Shown: piece after piece, positions 9,573-17,326 of the stretch
Position numbering within the stretch: position 1 is the stretch's first letter
Layout of the letters: every line of letters begins with the position of its first letter
Source: an uncultured Clostridia bacterium
GTDB taxonomy: Bacteria; Bacillota; Clostridia; Christensenellales; CAG-138
DNA: 58,464 nt
Assembly: GCA_937915455.1 (NCBI GenBank)
Contig: CALDNN010000102.1
Span: 1-58,464 of the forward strand
Direction: 5' to 3'
The notes under the pieces: generated by a model
Databases searched by the model: none
The model's input: only the letters and a program-made list of their open reading frames with translations
What the model was told of the DNA's origin: nothing
Translations under genes and position numbers: made by a program

Positions 9573-10156
9573 ACGAGCTGTTGAAGATTCTCATGTTCAT
9601 GGTGAGCTGCGTGCTCACCCACAACTTCATCTTTTCCCGGTTCCTAGGCAACTGCCCCTTCCTGGGGGTCTCCAATAAGGTGGAGACCGCCGTGGGCATG
9701 GGCGTGGCGGTCACCTTCGTGATGGCCCTGGCCTCGCTCTTTACCTGGCTGGTCTATCACCTGGTGCTGGTGAAGCTGGGCCTCCGATATTTGGATACCA
9801 TCGCCTTCATCCTCATCATCGCGGGGCTGGTACAGTTCGTGGAGATGTTCATCAAAAAGAGCAGCCCTTCCCTCTATAAGGCGCTGGGCATCTACCTGCC
9901 GCTGATCACCACCAATTGCGCGGTGCTGGGCGTGGCGGTGCTCAATGTGAGCGAGGGCTATAACCTGCTCTATTCGGTGCTCAACGGCACCTTCGGCGCG
10001 CTGGGATTCCTCCTGGCCATCGTTCTAATGGCGGGCGTGCGGGAGCGGCTCGAGACCTCCGATATTCCGGAGCCCTTCCGGGGGTTCCCCATCTGCATCA
10101 TCATCGCGGGCCTGATGAGCGTGGCGTTCATGGGCTTCAGCGGGTTTGGAGGCTAG
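9569..10156 (+). CDS. rnfA: Rnf complex subunit A
   Basis: 195 aa with NFIFSRFLGNCPFLGVS and LPLITTNCAVLGVA. It overlaps the rnfE stop (ATGA). Confidence 0.9.
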   Translation: MNELLKILMFMVSCVLTHNFIFSRFLGNCPFLGVSNKVETAVGMGVAVTFVMALASLFTWLVYHLVLVKLGLRYLDTIAFILIIAGLVQFVEMFIKKSSPSLYKALGIYLPLITTNCAVLGVAVLNVSEGYNLLYSVLNGTFGALGFLLAIVLMAGVRERLETSDIPEPFRGFPICIIIAGLMSVAFMGFSGFGG

Positions 10157-10160
10157 GCTT

Positions 10161-10973
10161 ATGAATTGGACCGCGATTCTCTTCGCGTTGGCTATCATGG
10201 GTATCCTGGGCGCGGCGTTCGGCGTGGTGCTTTCCATTGCTGATAAAAAGTTTGCTGTAGAAACGGATGAGCGTACCGCCGCCATCCGTGAAGCCGTAGC
10301 TGGGGCCAATTGCGGCGCTTGCGGCTATGCGGGCTGCGACGCCTTTGCCGCGGCCGTGGCCCGGGGCGAAGCGCCTGTAGGCGGCTGCCGGCCGGCCGGC
10401 GCCAAGGGGGCGGAAGCCATTGCCGCCATCATGGGCGTATCCGCGGGCCCGGCGGAAGAAAAAAAGGTAGCCCGGGTCTTTTGTCAGGGCTTTTGCGATG
10501 CCGCCACGGCACGCTATACCTACGAAGGCCTCAAGAGCTGCGCAATGGCTGCAACCTTGGCCGGCGGCCCCAAGCAATGCGCCAGCGCCTGCCTGGGTTT
10601 GGGGGATTGTCAGCGCGCCTGCCATTTCGAAGCCATTGAAATGGAAAAGAGCGTAGCCAAAATCTATGCGGATAAGTGTGTAGCGTGCGGCATGTGCATC
10701 GACGCCTGTCCCCGCAATATCATCCACTTTACCCCCGCGGACGATACTGTGTTCGTGGCCTGCCAGAATCACGACGCGCCCAAGGCAGCCAGAACCGCCT
10801 GCACCAACGCCTGCATTTCCTGCGGCCGCTGCGTGAAGGCCTGCGTGGCCGAGGCGATCCGCATCGTAGATAACTGTGCCGTGATCGACCAGGAGAAATG
10901 TACCCGCTGTGGGGCCTGTGTAAAAGTTTGCCCGGATCATTCCATCCGGGATATGACGGGCCTCAACGTCTGA
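10161..10973 (+). CDS. rnfB: Rnf complex subunit B (polyferredoxin)
   Basis: N-terminal TM segment, NCGACGYAGCDAFA, and several CxxCxxCxxxCP clusters. ATG 10161 lies 9 nt after GGAGG; the ORF-track TTG 10146 overlaps rnfA. Confidence 0.9.
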   Translation: MNWTAILFALAIMGILGAAFGVVLSIADKKFAVETDERTAAIREAVAGANCGACGYAGCDAFAAAVARGEAPVGGCRPAGAKGAEAIAAIMGVSAGPAEEKKVARVFCQGFCDAATARYTYEGLKSCAMAATLAGGPKQCASACLGLGDCQRACHFEAIEMEKSVAKIYADKCVACGMCIDACPRNIIHFTPADDTVFVACQNHDAPKAARTACTNACISCGRCVKACVAEAIRIVDNCAVIDQEKCTRCGACVKVCPDHSIRDMTGLNV

Positions 10974-10990
10974 GATAGCCGGTTCCAACC

Positions 10991-11030
10991 CAAGGGGCCG
11001 GCCCGCGCCGGCCCCTTGCTTGGGCGTTTT
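10991..11030 (+). terminator. terminator-like hairpin after rnfB
   Basis: CAAGGGGCCGGC-(4 nt)-GCCGGCCCCTTG, a 12-bp stem, then CTTGGGCGTTTT. Confidence 0.55.
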
Positions 11031-11127
11031 CGAATTGCGAAATTATTGGGATTGACACCAAGCCGGAGAATAGTGTATACTTACTAACGCAGTCGTTGTG
11101 GGGGGGCGTGCGAATCGCAGCGGCAAT

Positions 11128-11203
11128 GGGAGCATAGCTCAGCTGGGAGAGCACTTGCCTTACAAGCAAGGGGTCACAGGTTCGAGCCCTGTTGTTCCCA
11201 CCA
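11128..11203 (+). tRNA. tRNA-Val (anticodon TAC)
   Basis: GGGAGCATAGCTCAGCTGGGAGAGCACTTGCCTTACAAGCAAG...TGTTCCCACCA. Anticodon loop is CTTACAA. Confidence 0.9.
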
Positions 11204-11208
11204 AACTT

Positions 11209-11285
11209 GGCCCGGTAGTTCAGTTGGTTAGAATGCTAGCCTGTCACGCTAGAGGTCAGGGGTTCGAGCCCCCTCCGGGTCGCCA
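11209..11285 (+). tRNA. tRNA-Asp (anticodon GTC)
   Basis: GGCCCGGTAGTTCAGTTGGTTAGAATGCTAGCCTGTCACGCTAG...CCGGGTCGCCA. Anticodon loop is CTGTCAC. Confidence 0.9.
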
Positions 11286-11308
11286 AGCTCCGCTGAAGCG
11301 GAGCAAAT

Positions 11309-11384
11309 GCCTCGGTAGCTCAGTTGGTAGAGCAAGGGACTGAAAATCCCTGTGTCGGTGGTTCAAGTCCACTCTGAGGCACCA
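11309..11384 (+). tRNA. tRNA-Phe (anticodon GAA)
   Basis: GCCTCGGTAGCTCAGTTGGTAGAGCAAGGGACTGAAAATCCCT...CTGAGGCACCA. Anticodon loop is CTGAAAA. Confidence 0.9.
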
Positions 11385-11387
11385 CTT

Positions 11388-11463
11388 GCGGGAGTAGCTC
11401 ATTTGGTAGAGCGCCGCCTTGCCAAGGCGGAGGTGGCGGGTTCGAGCCCCGTCTCCCGCTCCA
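11388..11463 (+). tRNA. tRNA-Gly (anticodon GCC)
   Basis: Same 76-nt sequence as the minus-strand copy at 3515-3590. Confidence 0.92.
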
Positions 11464-11508
11464 TCGCTTACACAGAGGGTACGGCGTACCCTCGTTTCAT
11501 AAATAATC

Positions 11509-11582
11509 GGCGCCATAGCCAAGCGGTAAGGCAGAGGTCTGCAAAACCTTAATCCCCGGTTCGATTCCGGGTGGCGCCTCCA
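11509..11582 (+). tRNA. tRNA-Cys (anticodon GCA)
   Basis: GGCGCCATAGCCAAGCGGTAAGGCAGAGGTCTGCAAAACCTT...TGGCGCCTCCA. Anticodon loop is CTGCAAA. Confidence 0.88.
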
Positions 11583-11610
11583 AAATGATGTATCGAAATA
11601 GATATGTCGC

Positions 11611-11639
11611 AAAAGCCCCAGACAATGTCTGGGGCTTTT
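11611..11639. terminator. bidirectional terminator between the tRNA cluster and the convergent sugar operon
   Basis: AAAA-GCCCCAGAC-AAT-GTCTGGGGC-TTTT: a 9-bp stem with an A-tract and a T-tract on either side. Confidence 0.7.
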
Positions 11640-11734
11640 GCATTCCAGGGCTCATTCGCGCCGCGAGCGATTTCCCGTATATACTTTGGGCTTGGGAACC
11701 TTCCCAAGTGCGTGGGAAGAGCCTGCCGCCCTGC

Positions 11735-12145
11735 TTATGCGCAGCCGATCGTCAAAACGATATTCGCGAACGGGCGCTGCTCCCCGGTTGATATAGCGAG
11801 AACCAGAGCGTCCTCTTCCATGCAGGTGGCATAAAAATCAAATCGTCCGAGCTTTTTCAGCTCTATTCCATCCAGTTCCGATCGGAACGCGTCGAAAATT
11901 TCGGGTTCGGGACCCTCTTCCGGCATCATAACCATTGCGCCTTCTATGTTCACAGTCGTATGGATTTCCTGCAATACATCCAGTACACCAGGTAAACCAC
12001 GGCGCAAGCCGAGATATACCTTTTTTGCGTTGCCCGTTTTTTCCGCAAGCGGATAGTTTCCATCCGCAATCAATATGCGGCTTCCATGACCGCAATAGGA
12101 CAATGCACTTAAGATTTCCGGATGGATCAATGTGCTCCGTACCAT
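11735..12145 (-). CDS. RbsD/FucU family sugar mutarotase
   Basis: 136 aa with CGHGSRILIADGNYP and C-terminal TGEQRPFANIVLTIG, resembling FucU/RbsD. GGAGGGGAGGG RBS. Confidence 0.8.
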   Translation of the reverse strand: MVRSTLIHPEILSALSYCGHGSRILIADGNYPLAEKTGNAKKVYLGLRRGLPGVLDVLQEIHTTVNIEGAMVMMPEEGPEPEIFDAFRSELDGIELKKLGRFDFYATCMEEDALVLAISTGEQRPFANIVLTIGCA

Positions 12146-12159
12146 AGCGCCCTCCCCTC

Positions 12160-12783
12160 CTATTTCTCGTTGCTACGCAGCTGTCCCAGCGCGCCGCCCG
12201 GATGCCACTTGACATATTGCTGGGGCGTGATATCTTCATGCGCCTGCAATACAATGCTCAACGCCTGCAACACGATCATTTCCGCCAGAACCGACATTCT
12301 CGGCGCGCGGTTCAGCGGGCCGCCCTCCCGATCGACCCCCGCGAACAGGTGCACATCGCTCTGCCCTGCCAGCCAGGATTGCGGATTGCCCGAAACACCG
12401 ATAACCGTACAGCCGTTATCCTTTACAGCAAGCACAGTAGGCCGCATTTCCGCAGTCTCTCCGCTGTTGGAAATAAAGATAACCACATCGCCTGGAACAA
12501 GCTGCCCACAGGAGCCGTGAACCGCTTCCGTACCATGCAGAAAATAAGTGGGCGTGCCTACCGAGCTAAACAAGGAGGCGACATAACCGGCCACATGGCC
12601 CGGCTTGCCGATTCCTGAAACATGAACGCGCCCACCATTGGCCCTAGCTTGCAGGATTATTTCCGCTGCTTTTTGGATCTGATCGTAATCGATGCACTGC
12701 AAATATGCATCCATACTTGTACGGACAGACTGCAAAAAGTAATCATAGCTCTGCTTTTCCCTTGATTCCATCACTGTTTTCAT
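12160..12783 (-). CDS. SIS domain sugar-phosphate isomerase/binding protein (KpsF/GutQ-type SIS, no CBS domains)
   Basis: 207 aa with VSGIGKPGHVAGYVASLFSSVGTP and VVIFISNSGETAE. ATGA overlap with the upstream kinase gene. Confidence 0.75.
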   Translation of the reverse strand: MKTVMESREKQSYDYFLQSVRTSMDAYLQCIDYDQIQKAAEIILQARANGGRVHVSGIGKPGHVAGYVASLFSSVGTPTYFLHGTEAVHGSCGQLVPGDVVIFISNSGETAEMRPTVLAVKDNGCTVIGVSGNPQSWLAGQSDVHLFAGVDREGGPLNRAPRMSVLAEMIVLQALSIVLQAHEDITPQQYVKWHPGGALGQLRSNEK

Positions 12784-13763
12784 CCTCTCAATCTCGAAAT
12801 ATCCGGTAACACAGCCTGTTGCGATGCAAAATAGGCTTCCACCTGGGAAAGCATCGGCAAAGAAGGCATGGCGCCCATATGGGAAACCGTGATTGCTGCT
12901 GTATGATTAGCAAAGCGCAGAATGCTGTCCCAATCCCATTTGCAGCAATACCCGCAGCAAAACGCGCCAATAAAGGAATCGCCTGCGGCGGTTGGATCAA
13001 CGGCCGTCACGCCCGGAACGCTGGGCGCATAAAAGACACCTTCGGAATTAAAGAGCGCGGCACCCGCCGATCCCAGCGTGATTAGCACATTCTTTACGCC
13101 CTTTTGCAGGAGGATATCAGCCGCTTTCTTTGCATCCTCCAAATTCGCCTCGAGATTCGTGTGCCGAATATGTATTCCCGTGAGATCCTCCGCCTCGTGT
13201 TCGTTTGGCGAAAGAAAAGTAAGGCGCGAAAGAAGGTCGTCGCTAAGGGGCGCGCTTGGCGCAGGGTTCAACATCACCGGTACGCCGTTTTCATGCGCAA
13301 TCCGTGCAACAAGCTCATTGATCTCCATTGGAATTTCTAGTTGCAGCATCACCATGTCGTACTGGCGAATGGCATCCCGAAGGAAGGCCACGTCATCCGG
13401 TACCAGGCGCATATTTGCACCTGGAATCACGATGATGCGGTTCCGCGTGGATTTTTCCGGGGCTTCCTCTAGAATAATTACAGCGCACCCGGAGGCAGCC
13501 TCGTCATCAAACGCAACATGGTCTACGCAAATGTTCGCCTTTTTACACACCGCGAGCATCTCCTGCCCGTTTGTGTCGCGGCCCAGCTTTCCCACCATCG
13601 TTACAGCCGCACCCAGACGCGCCGCCTGAACGGCCTGATTTGCGCCTTTTCCGCCGGGCGCTTTATGGAAACCTGTACCCAGCACGGTCTGTCCTTCACA
13701 CGGAAAAACCTCTGTGGAGGCTATCTGATCCATGACGAAGCTTCCAACAACTAAGATTTTCAT
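12780..13763 (-). CDS. rbsK: ribokinase-like PfkB family sugar kinase
   Basis: GGKGANQAVQAARLG and DPTAAGDSFIGAF motifs. Start set at ATG 13763 (MKILVVGSFVMD). The substrate is not proven to be ribose. Confidence 0.8.
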   Translation of the reverse strand: MKILVVGSFVMDQIASTEVFPCEGQTVLGTGFHKAPGGKGANQAVQAARLGAAVTMVGKLGRDTNGQEMLAVCKKANICVDHVAFDDEAASGCAVIILEEAPEKSTRNRIIVIPGANMRLVPDDVAFLRDAIRQYDMVMLQLEIPMEINELVARIAHENGVPVMLNPAPSAPLSDDLLSRLTFLSPNEHEAEDLTGIHIRHTNLEANLEDAKKAADILLQKGVKNVLITLGSAGAALFNSEGVFYAPSVPGVTAVDPTAAGDSFIGAFCCGYCCKWDWDSILRFANHTAAITVSHMGAMPSLPMLSQVEAYFASQQAVLPDISRLRG

Positions 13764-13906
13764 ATTGTCACAACCTTTGCAAAAATATTCCGATGGATTG
13801 GGCATATGGTAGCAGGTTGGGATTTGTTTGTCAATAAAATAAAAGCGTTCCAGGCCTCTGTAAATATAGATGAAAAGCCTATTTAACGTAGCCTATATTT
13901 TGCATC

Positions 13907-13935
13907 TTGACATGGCGGAGCAGAAGAATTATAAT
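13907..13935 (+). promoter_or_regulatory. perfect-consensus sigma-A promoter TTGACA-17-TATAAT
   Basis: TTGACA at 13907-13912, a 17-nt spacer, TATAAT at 13930-13935. It points toward the LacI-family gene. Confidence 0.6.
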
Positions 13936-13946
13936 CGTATCAAAAG

Positions 13947-13958
13947 TTAAACGTTTAA
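13947..13958. promoter_or_regulatory. perfect 12-bp palindrome TTAAACGTTTAA (LacI-type operator candidate)
   Basis: Lies about 12 nt downstream of the -10 box. It has the ACGT core typical of LacI/GalR-family operators. Confidence 0.5.
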
Positions 13959-14095
13959 TATTAATTTAAGGTATTTTGAACAAAACATGTGTAACGAGGA
14001 TAAATTCACGCTAAACTGCAAAACAAACAAACGCCTAATACTGGCGGATTTCCCAAGATATTGCCGTTTTTGAAGATTATCCGCTTATTTTAATC

Positions 14096-14109
14096 AACGT
14101 ATTAACGTT
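14096..14109. promoter_or_regulatory. inverted repeat AACGT-N4-ACGTT (second operator candidate)
   Basis: AACGTATTAACGTT sits about 40 nt upstream of the LacI-family start codon. Confidence 0.35.
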
Positions 14110-14147
14110 TTAATCGTTTCAATTACTTTCAATTACAGGAGCTGTAT

Positions 14148-15155
14148 ATGAGCATCAAAAAGATTGCAGAGATGACCGGGCTTTCCACCGCTACCGTTTC
14201 CTATGCCCTCAACGATAGCAAAACAGTTTCGGCGCAAAGCAAAGAGCGAGTGCTCAAAGCGGCGAAGGAGATTGGCTATAGGCCCAATGCTGCGGCGCAG
14301 ATGCTGCGAACGCAGCGCTCCAATACCATTGCATTCGTAATCCCGACCGATGAATCAAACCCCAACGCAAACTTTTTCTACATGGATGTGCTGATGGGGA
14401 TCCGAAAGAAGCTGAACGAAACGGATTACGACGTGATTGTTTCCAATTACGACCACGCCTTCAAGGCGGATAGTGAGCGCAGCTTGCGCGCCGTGCAGGT
14501 ATGCCGCAAACAATGGGTGGATGGAATTCTCTTTGTTCCTTCCTCGGAAAATCCGGCGCAGCTCAATGTGCTGCGGGAAATGAACGTTCCCTTTGTGCTG
14601 CTCGATCGGCGTGTGACCGGCTCCGATTACAGCTGTGTTGATTCGGACAACGAGCAGGGAGCTTTTGAAGCGGTATCCCTACTTATAAAGAACGGCAGAA
14701 AGCGGATCGGGTTTTTAGGCGGCACTTCCTCCGTTACCACCGGTGCACAGCGCTATCTCGGTTATGTGCGCGCACTTGAGAAAAACGGGATTGCCTACGA
14801 AAGCGAATACGTGATTCAGGAGAAAGCCTTTTCAACATGCATAGGGCGGGAACGCGCAAAAGAGCTTCTTTCCAAAAAGGTGGACGCGATTTTTGTTGCA
14901 GACAACACGCTTACCATGGGCGCCGTCATGCAGCTTCGGGATGCGGGCGTGGATATCCCTACGGAGGTGGCGATAATCGGTTACGATGATTACACCTGGA
15001 TGGACATGATTGCGCCTCCCCTCACCACCGTAAAACAGCAATCTTATCACATGGGCTATGTTGCCGCAGAGATGCTCATGCGAAAGTTGAACGGCATGGA
15101 TACCGATGAACGAATCACTCTATGCACGCGCGTAATAGAAAGAAAATCTCATTAG
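14148..15155 (+). CDS. LacI family transcriptional regulator
   Basis: N-terminal HTH IKKIAEMTGLSTATVSYALN followed by a periplasmic-binding-protein-like sugar-binding core (IIGYDD). Confidence 0.9.
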   Translation: MSIKKIAEMTGLSTATVSYALNDSKTVSAQSKERVLKAAKEIGYRPNAAAQMLRTQRSNTIAFVIPTDESNPNANFFYMDVLMGIRKKLNETDYDVIVSNYDHAFKADSERSLRAVQVCRKQWVDGILFVPSSENPAQLNVLREMNVPFVLLDRRVTGSDYSCVDSDNEQGAFEAVSLLIKNGRKRIGFLGGTSSVTTGAQRYLGYVRALEKNGIAYESEYVIQEKAFSTCIGRERAKELLSKKVDAIFVADNTLTMGAVMQLRDAGVDIPTEVAIIGYDDYTWMDMIAPPLTTVKQQSYHMGYVAAEMLMRKLNGMDTDERITLCTRVIERKSH

Positions 15156-15195
15156 AGATCGAGTAAGAGTGTCAAGGAGGAAGGTACGAGAAACT

Positions 15196-15960
15196 ATGGC
15201 AAAGGTATTATTCGCGGGGGAATCCGCAACCATCGCAACCACGCACATCAAAGGTATGGATGCATTCACGCATTATCGTTACAGCGAGGCCTCAAACTAT
15301 CTGCTGCCCAAGCTGAAGGAAAACGGTATTGAGGTAGATTATCTGCCTTGCCACGATGTCATGGCCAAATTTCCGCTCACCGCGAAGGAGCTTAGCGTTT
15401 ACGACTGCGTGGCCATAAGCGATCTGGGGAGCAATAGCCTGCTCTTTCACCCGGAAGTGCTGCTCAGATCAGGCGAAAGGCCCAATCGGCTTTCTGCCAT
15501 CAAAGAGTATGTGCACGGCGGCGGCAGCTTTTTGATGATTGGCGGCTATATGTCCTATGCGGGCGTTGAAAACAAGGCGCGTTTTCATGATACCCCCATC
15601 GAGGATCTTATGCCCGTAGAAATCTTGAATTATGACGATCGTGTCGAGCTGGTGGAAGGATTTAAACCGGAGGTTATGCTTCCCGATCATCCCATTCTGG
15701 CCGGTCTTACGGATATTCCTCGTATGCTTTTTTATAACCAGACAATACTCAAGGCCGGCGCTGAATTGGTGCTTGCCAACCGTGAGCGCGGCAGGGTCGA
15801 TCCCATTCTCGCCGTTTGGAATTTTGGCAAAGGCCGTGCCGCCGCCTTTACGCCCGACTGTGCGCCGCATGGTGCACCCCCGGAGTTTCTCAACTGGCCG
15901 CAATATGGCAGATTCTTCGCCAACATACTGCGCTATATGGCCAAGGAGGAAACGAAATAA
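15196..15960 (+). CDS. GATase1-like (DUF1355-type) cytoplasmic protein of unknown function
   Basis: KVLFAGES...THIKG...YDCVAISDLGSNSLLFHPE...GGGSFLMIGGYMSYAG...KARFHDTPIEDLMPVE matches the pattern I recall for the putative glutamine amidotransferase-like family. Start at ATG 15196, after AAGGAGGAAGG. Confidence 0.65.
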   Translation: MAKVLFAGESATIATTHIKGMDAFTHYRYSEASNYLLPKLKENGIEVDYLPCHDVMAKFPLTAKELSVYDCVAISDLGSNSLLFHPEVLLRSGERPNRLSAIKEYVHGGGSFLMIGGYMSYAGVENKARFHDTPIEDLMPVEILNYDDRVELVEGFKPEVMLPDHPILAGLTDIPRMLFYNQTILKAGAELVLANRERGRVDPILAVWNFGKGRAAAFTPDCAPHGAPPEFLNWPQYGRFFANILRYMAKEETK

Positions 15961-16024
15961 TCCCAAAAAGTTTGATAGGGCGAAGAGCCCATCAATAAAA
16001 TATATGTTATAAAGGAGAAAAGCA

Positions 16025-17107
16025 ATGAAAAAAACCATCAGCTTCCTGTTGGCCCTCGTAGTGGCCATCACCTTGTTTGCAGGCTGCGCAGCCCCGGCAC
16101 AGCAACCCGCTGTTGACCAGCCCGCTACCGAAACCGAACCCGCTGCAGAAACCGAGCCTTCTGCCGAAGCGCCGGCTCCCGCGGAAGAGAACGCACCGGC
16201 CGCCCTGCCCAAAGTTGCGCTCATGTCTATGCGCGAAATGACGCAGCCTGCCGATGAAAGCACCCTCGAAGGCGTAAAGCGCCTCAAGGACGAGCTTGGC
16301 ATCGACGTTAAAACGGTTGTCTGCCTGGAAGTCAGCGAATACTATGACCAGATGCAGGCGCTGTGCGAAGAAGGTTATGATGTCATCTACTTCGTATATG
16401 ATAACTTCCTTGAGGCTGCTAAAAAGCTTTCCCCGCTCTATCCCGATATTAAATTCATCGGCCTTTGGATCAACCTCAACGGAGAAGAAGCTGCGCCCAA
16501 CCTCAAGCCCGTCCACTTCCGTTCCGAGCAGGGCTCTTTCATGTGCGGCGTAGTCGCGGCGCTCATGTCTGAAAGCAAGCAAGTCGGCTTCATCGGCGGT
16601 GGCAACAACGCCGGTATCAAGACCTTCCTTGCGGGCTATGAAGCCGGTATCAAGTATGTAGACAACGGCACGGAGCTGGTTGTTGCTTGGGCCAACACCT
16701 TTGACGATCCGCTCAAGGGCAAGGAGCTGGCCTCCAGTATGTACCAAAAAGGCGTGGACGTGATCTACCAGGCGGCCAATCAAACCGGTCTTGGTGTATT
16801 TGACGCGGCGCGCGAAGCCGGCAAGTATGCCATCGGCGTAGATGTTGACCAGTCCCCTCTCGCTCCCGAAAATATCATCTGCTCCAGCCTGCTCGATCAC
16901 GGCTATGCCACCTTCGACAGCATTTCCGCGGTTGCAAACGGCAACTTCAATAACGAGCAGGTATTCTATGGTATTCAGGAAGGTATGCCCGTTGTAGCCA
17001 TCAATGAAGCGCTTGTTTCCGCTGATGTCATGGCGAAGGTCGACGAGATCGAGGCGAAGATCGCCGCCGGCGAAATTCAGATTCCCACGACCACCGAAAC
17101 CGAATAA
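16025..17107 (+). CDS. BMP family (PnrA/Med-like) ABC transporter substrate-binding lipoprotein
   Basis: Signal peptide with lipobox LFAGC and an acidic Pro/Ala/Glu linker. Body contains FIGGGNNAGIKTF and AIGVDVDQS. Confidence 0.85.
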   Translation: MKKTISFLLALVVAITLFAGCAAPAQQPAVDQPATETEPAAETEPSAEAPAPAEENAPAALPKVALMSMREMTQPADESTLEGVKRLKDELGIDVKTVVCLEVSEYYDQMQALCEEGYDVIYFVYDNFLEAAKKLSPLYPDIKFIGLWINLNGEEAAPNLKPVHFRSEQGSFMCGVVAALMSESKQVGFIGGGNNAGIKTFLAGYEAGIKYVDNGTELVVAWANTFDDPLKGKELASSMYQKGVDVIYQAANQTGLGVFDAAREAGKYAIGVDVDQSPLAPENIICSSLLDHGYATFDSISAVANGNFNNEQVFYGIQEGMPVVAINEALVSADVMAKVDEIEAKIAAGEIQIPTTTETE

Positions 17108-17136
17108 CCTTCAGACACAATTCTGAAGTGACTCCT

Positions 17137-17173
17137 GGGTGAACCGTCGCGGCGCTTGCCGCGGCGGTCACCC
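17137..17173 (+). other. long GC-rich intercistronic stem-loop after the binding-protein gene
   Basis: GGGTGAACCGTCGCGGC-GCTT-GCCGCGGCGGTCACCC with no T-tract. This is typical of an mRNA-stabilising or partial terminator after SBP genes. Confidence 0.4.
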
Positions 17174-17326
17174 TTAACACAGACGCAAGACTATACCTTC
17201 TTGTTCGCGCTTCTAAATAACATATGGGTTTATGAAGATGAGGCGCTTGTCGCGTCCCCGGCGAAGCCGCAATAACGCGCTTTGCAAAACTGTTACAAAG
17301 CATATTCCGAAAGGAACAGATTTAAA

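Noticed and set aside
10137-10988. 283-aa antisense ORF opposite rnfB. Similar long shadows occur at 16007-16900, 24495-25676, 26846-27802, 30980-31951, 41329-41985, 48509-49435 and 52303-53181.
   Set aside because: Each lies fully opposite a gene with strong family motifs. All have Arg/Gly/Ala/His-rich low-complexity translations and lack RBSs. These are typical stop-poor antisense frames of high-GC DNA.
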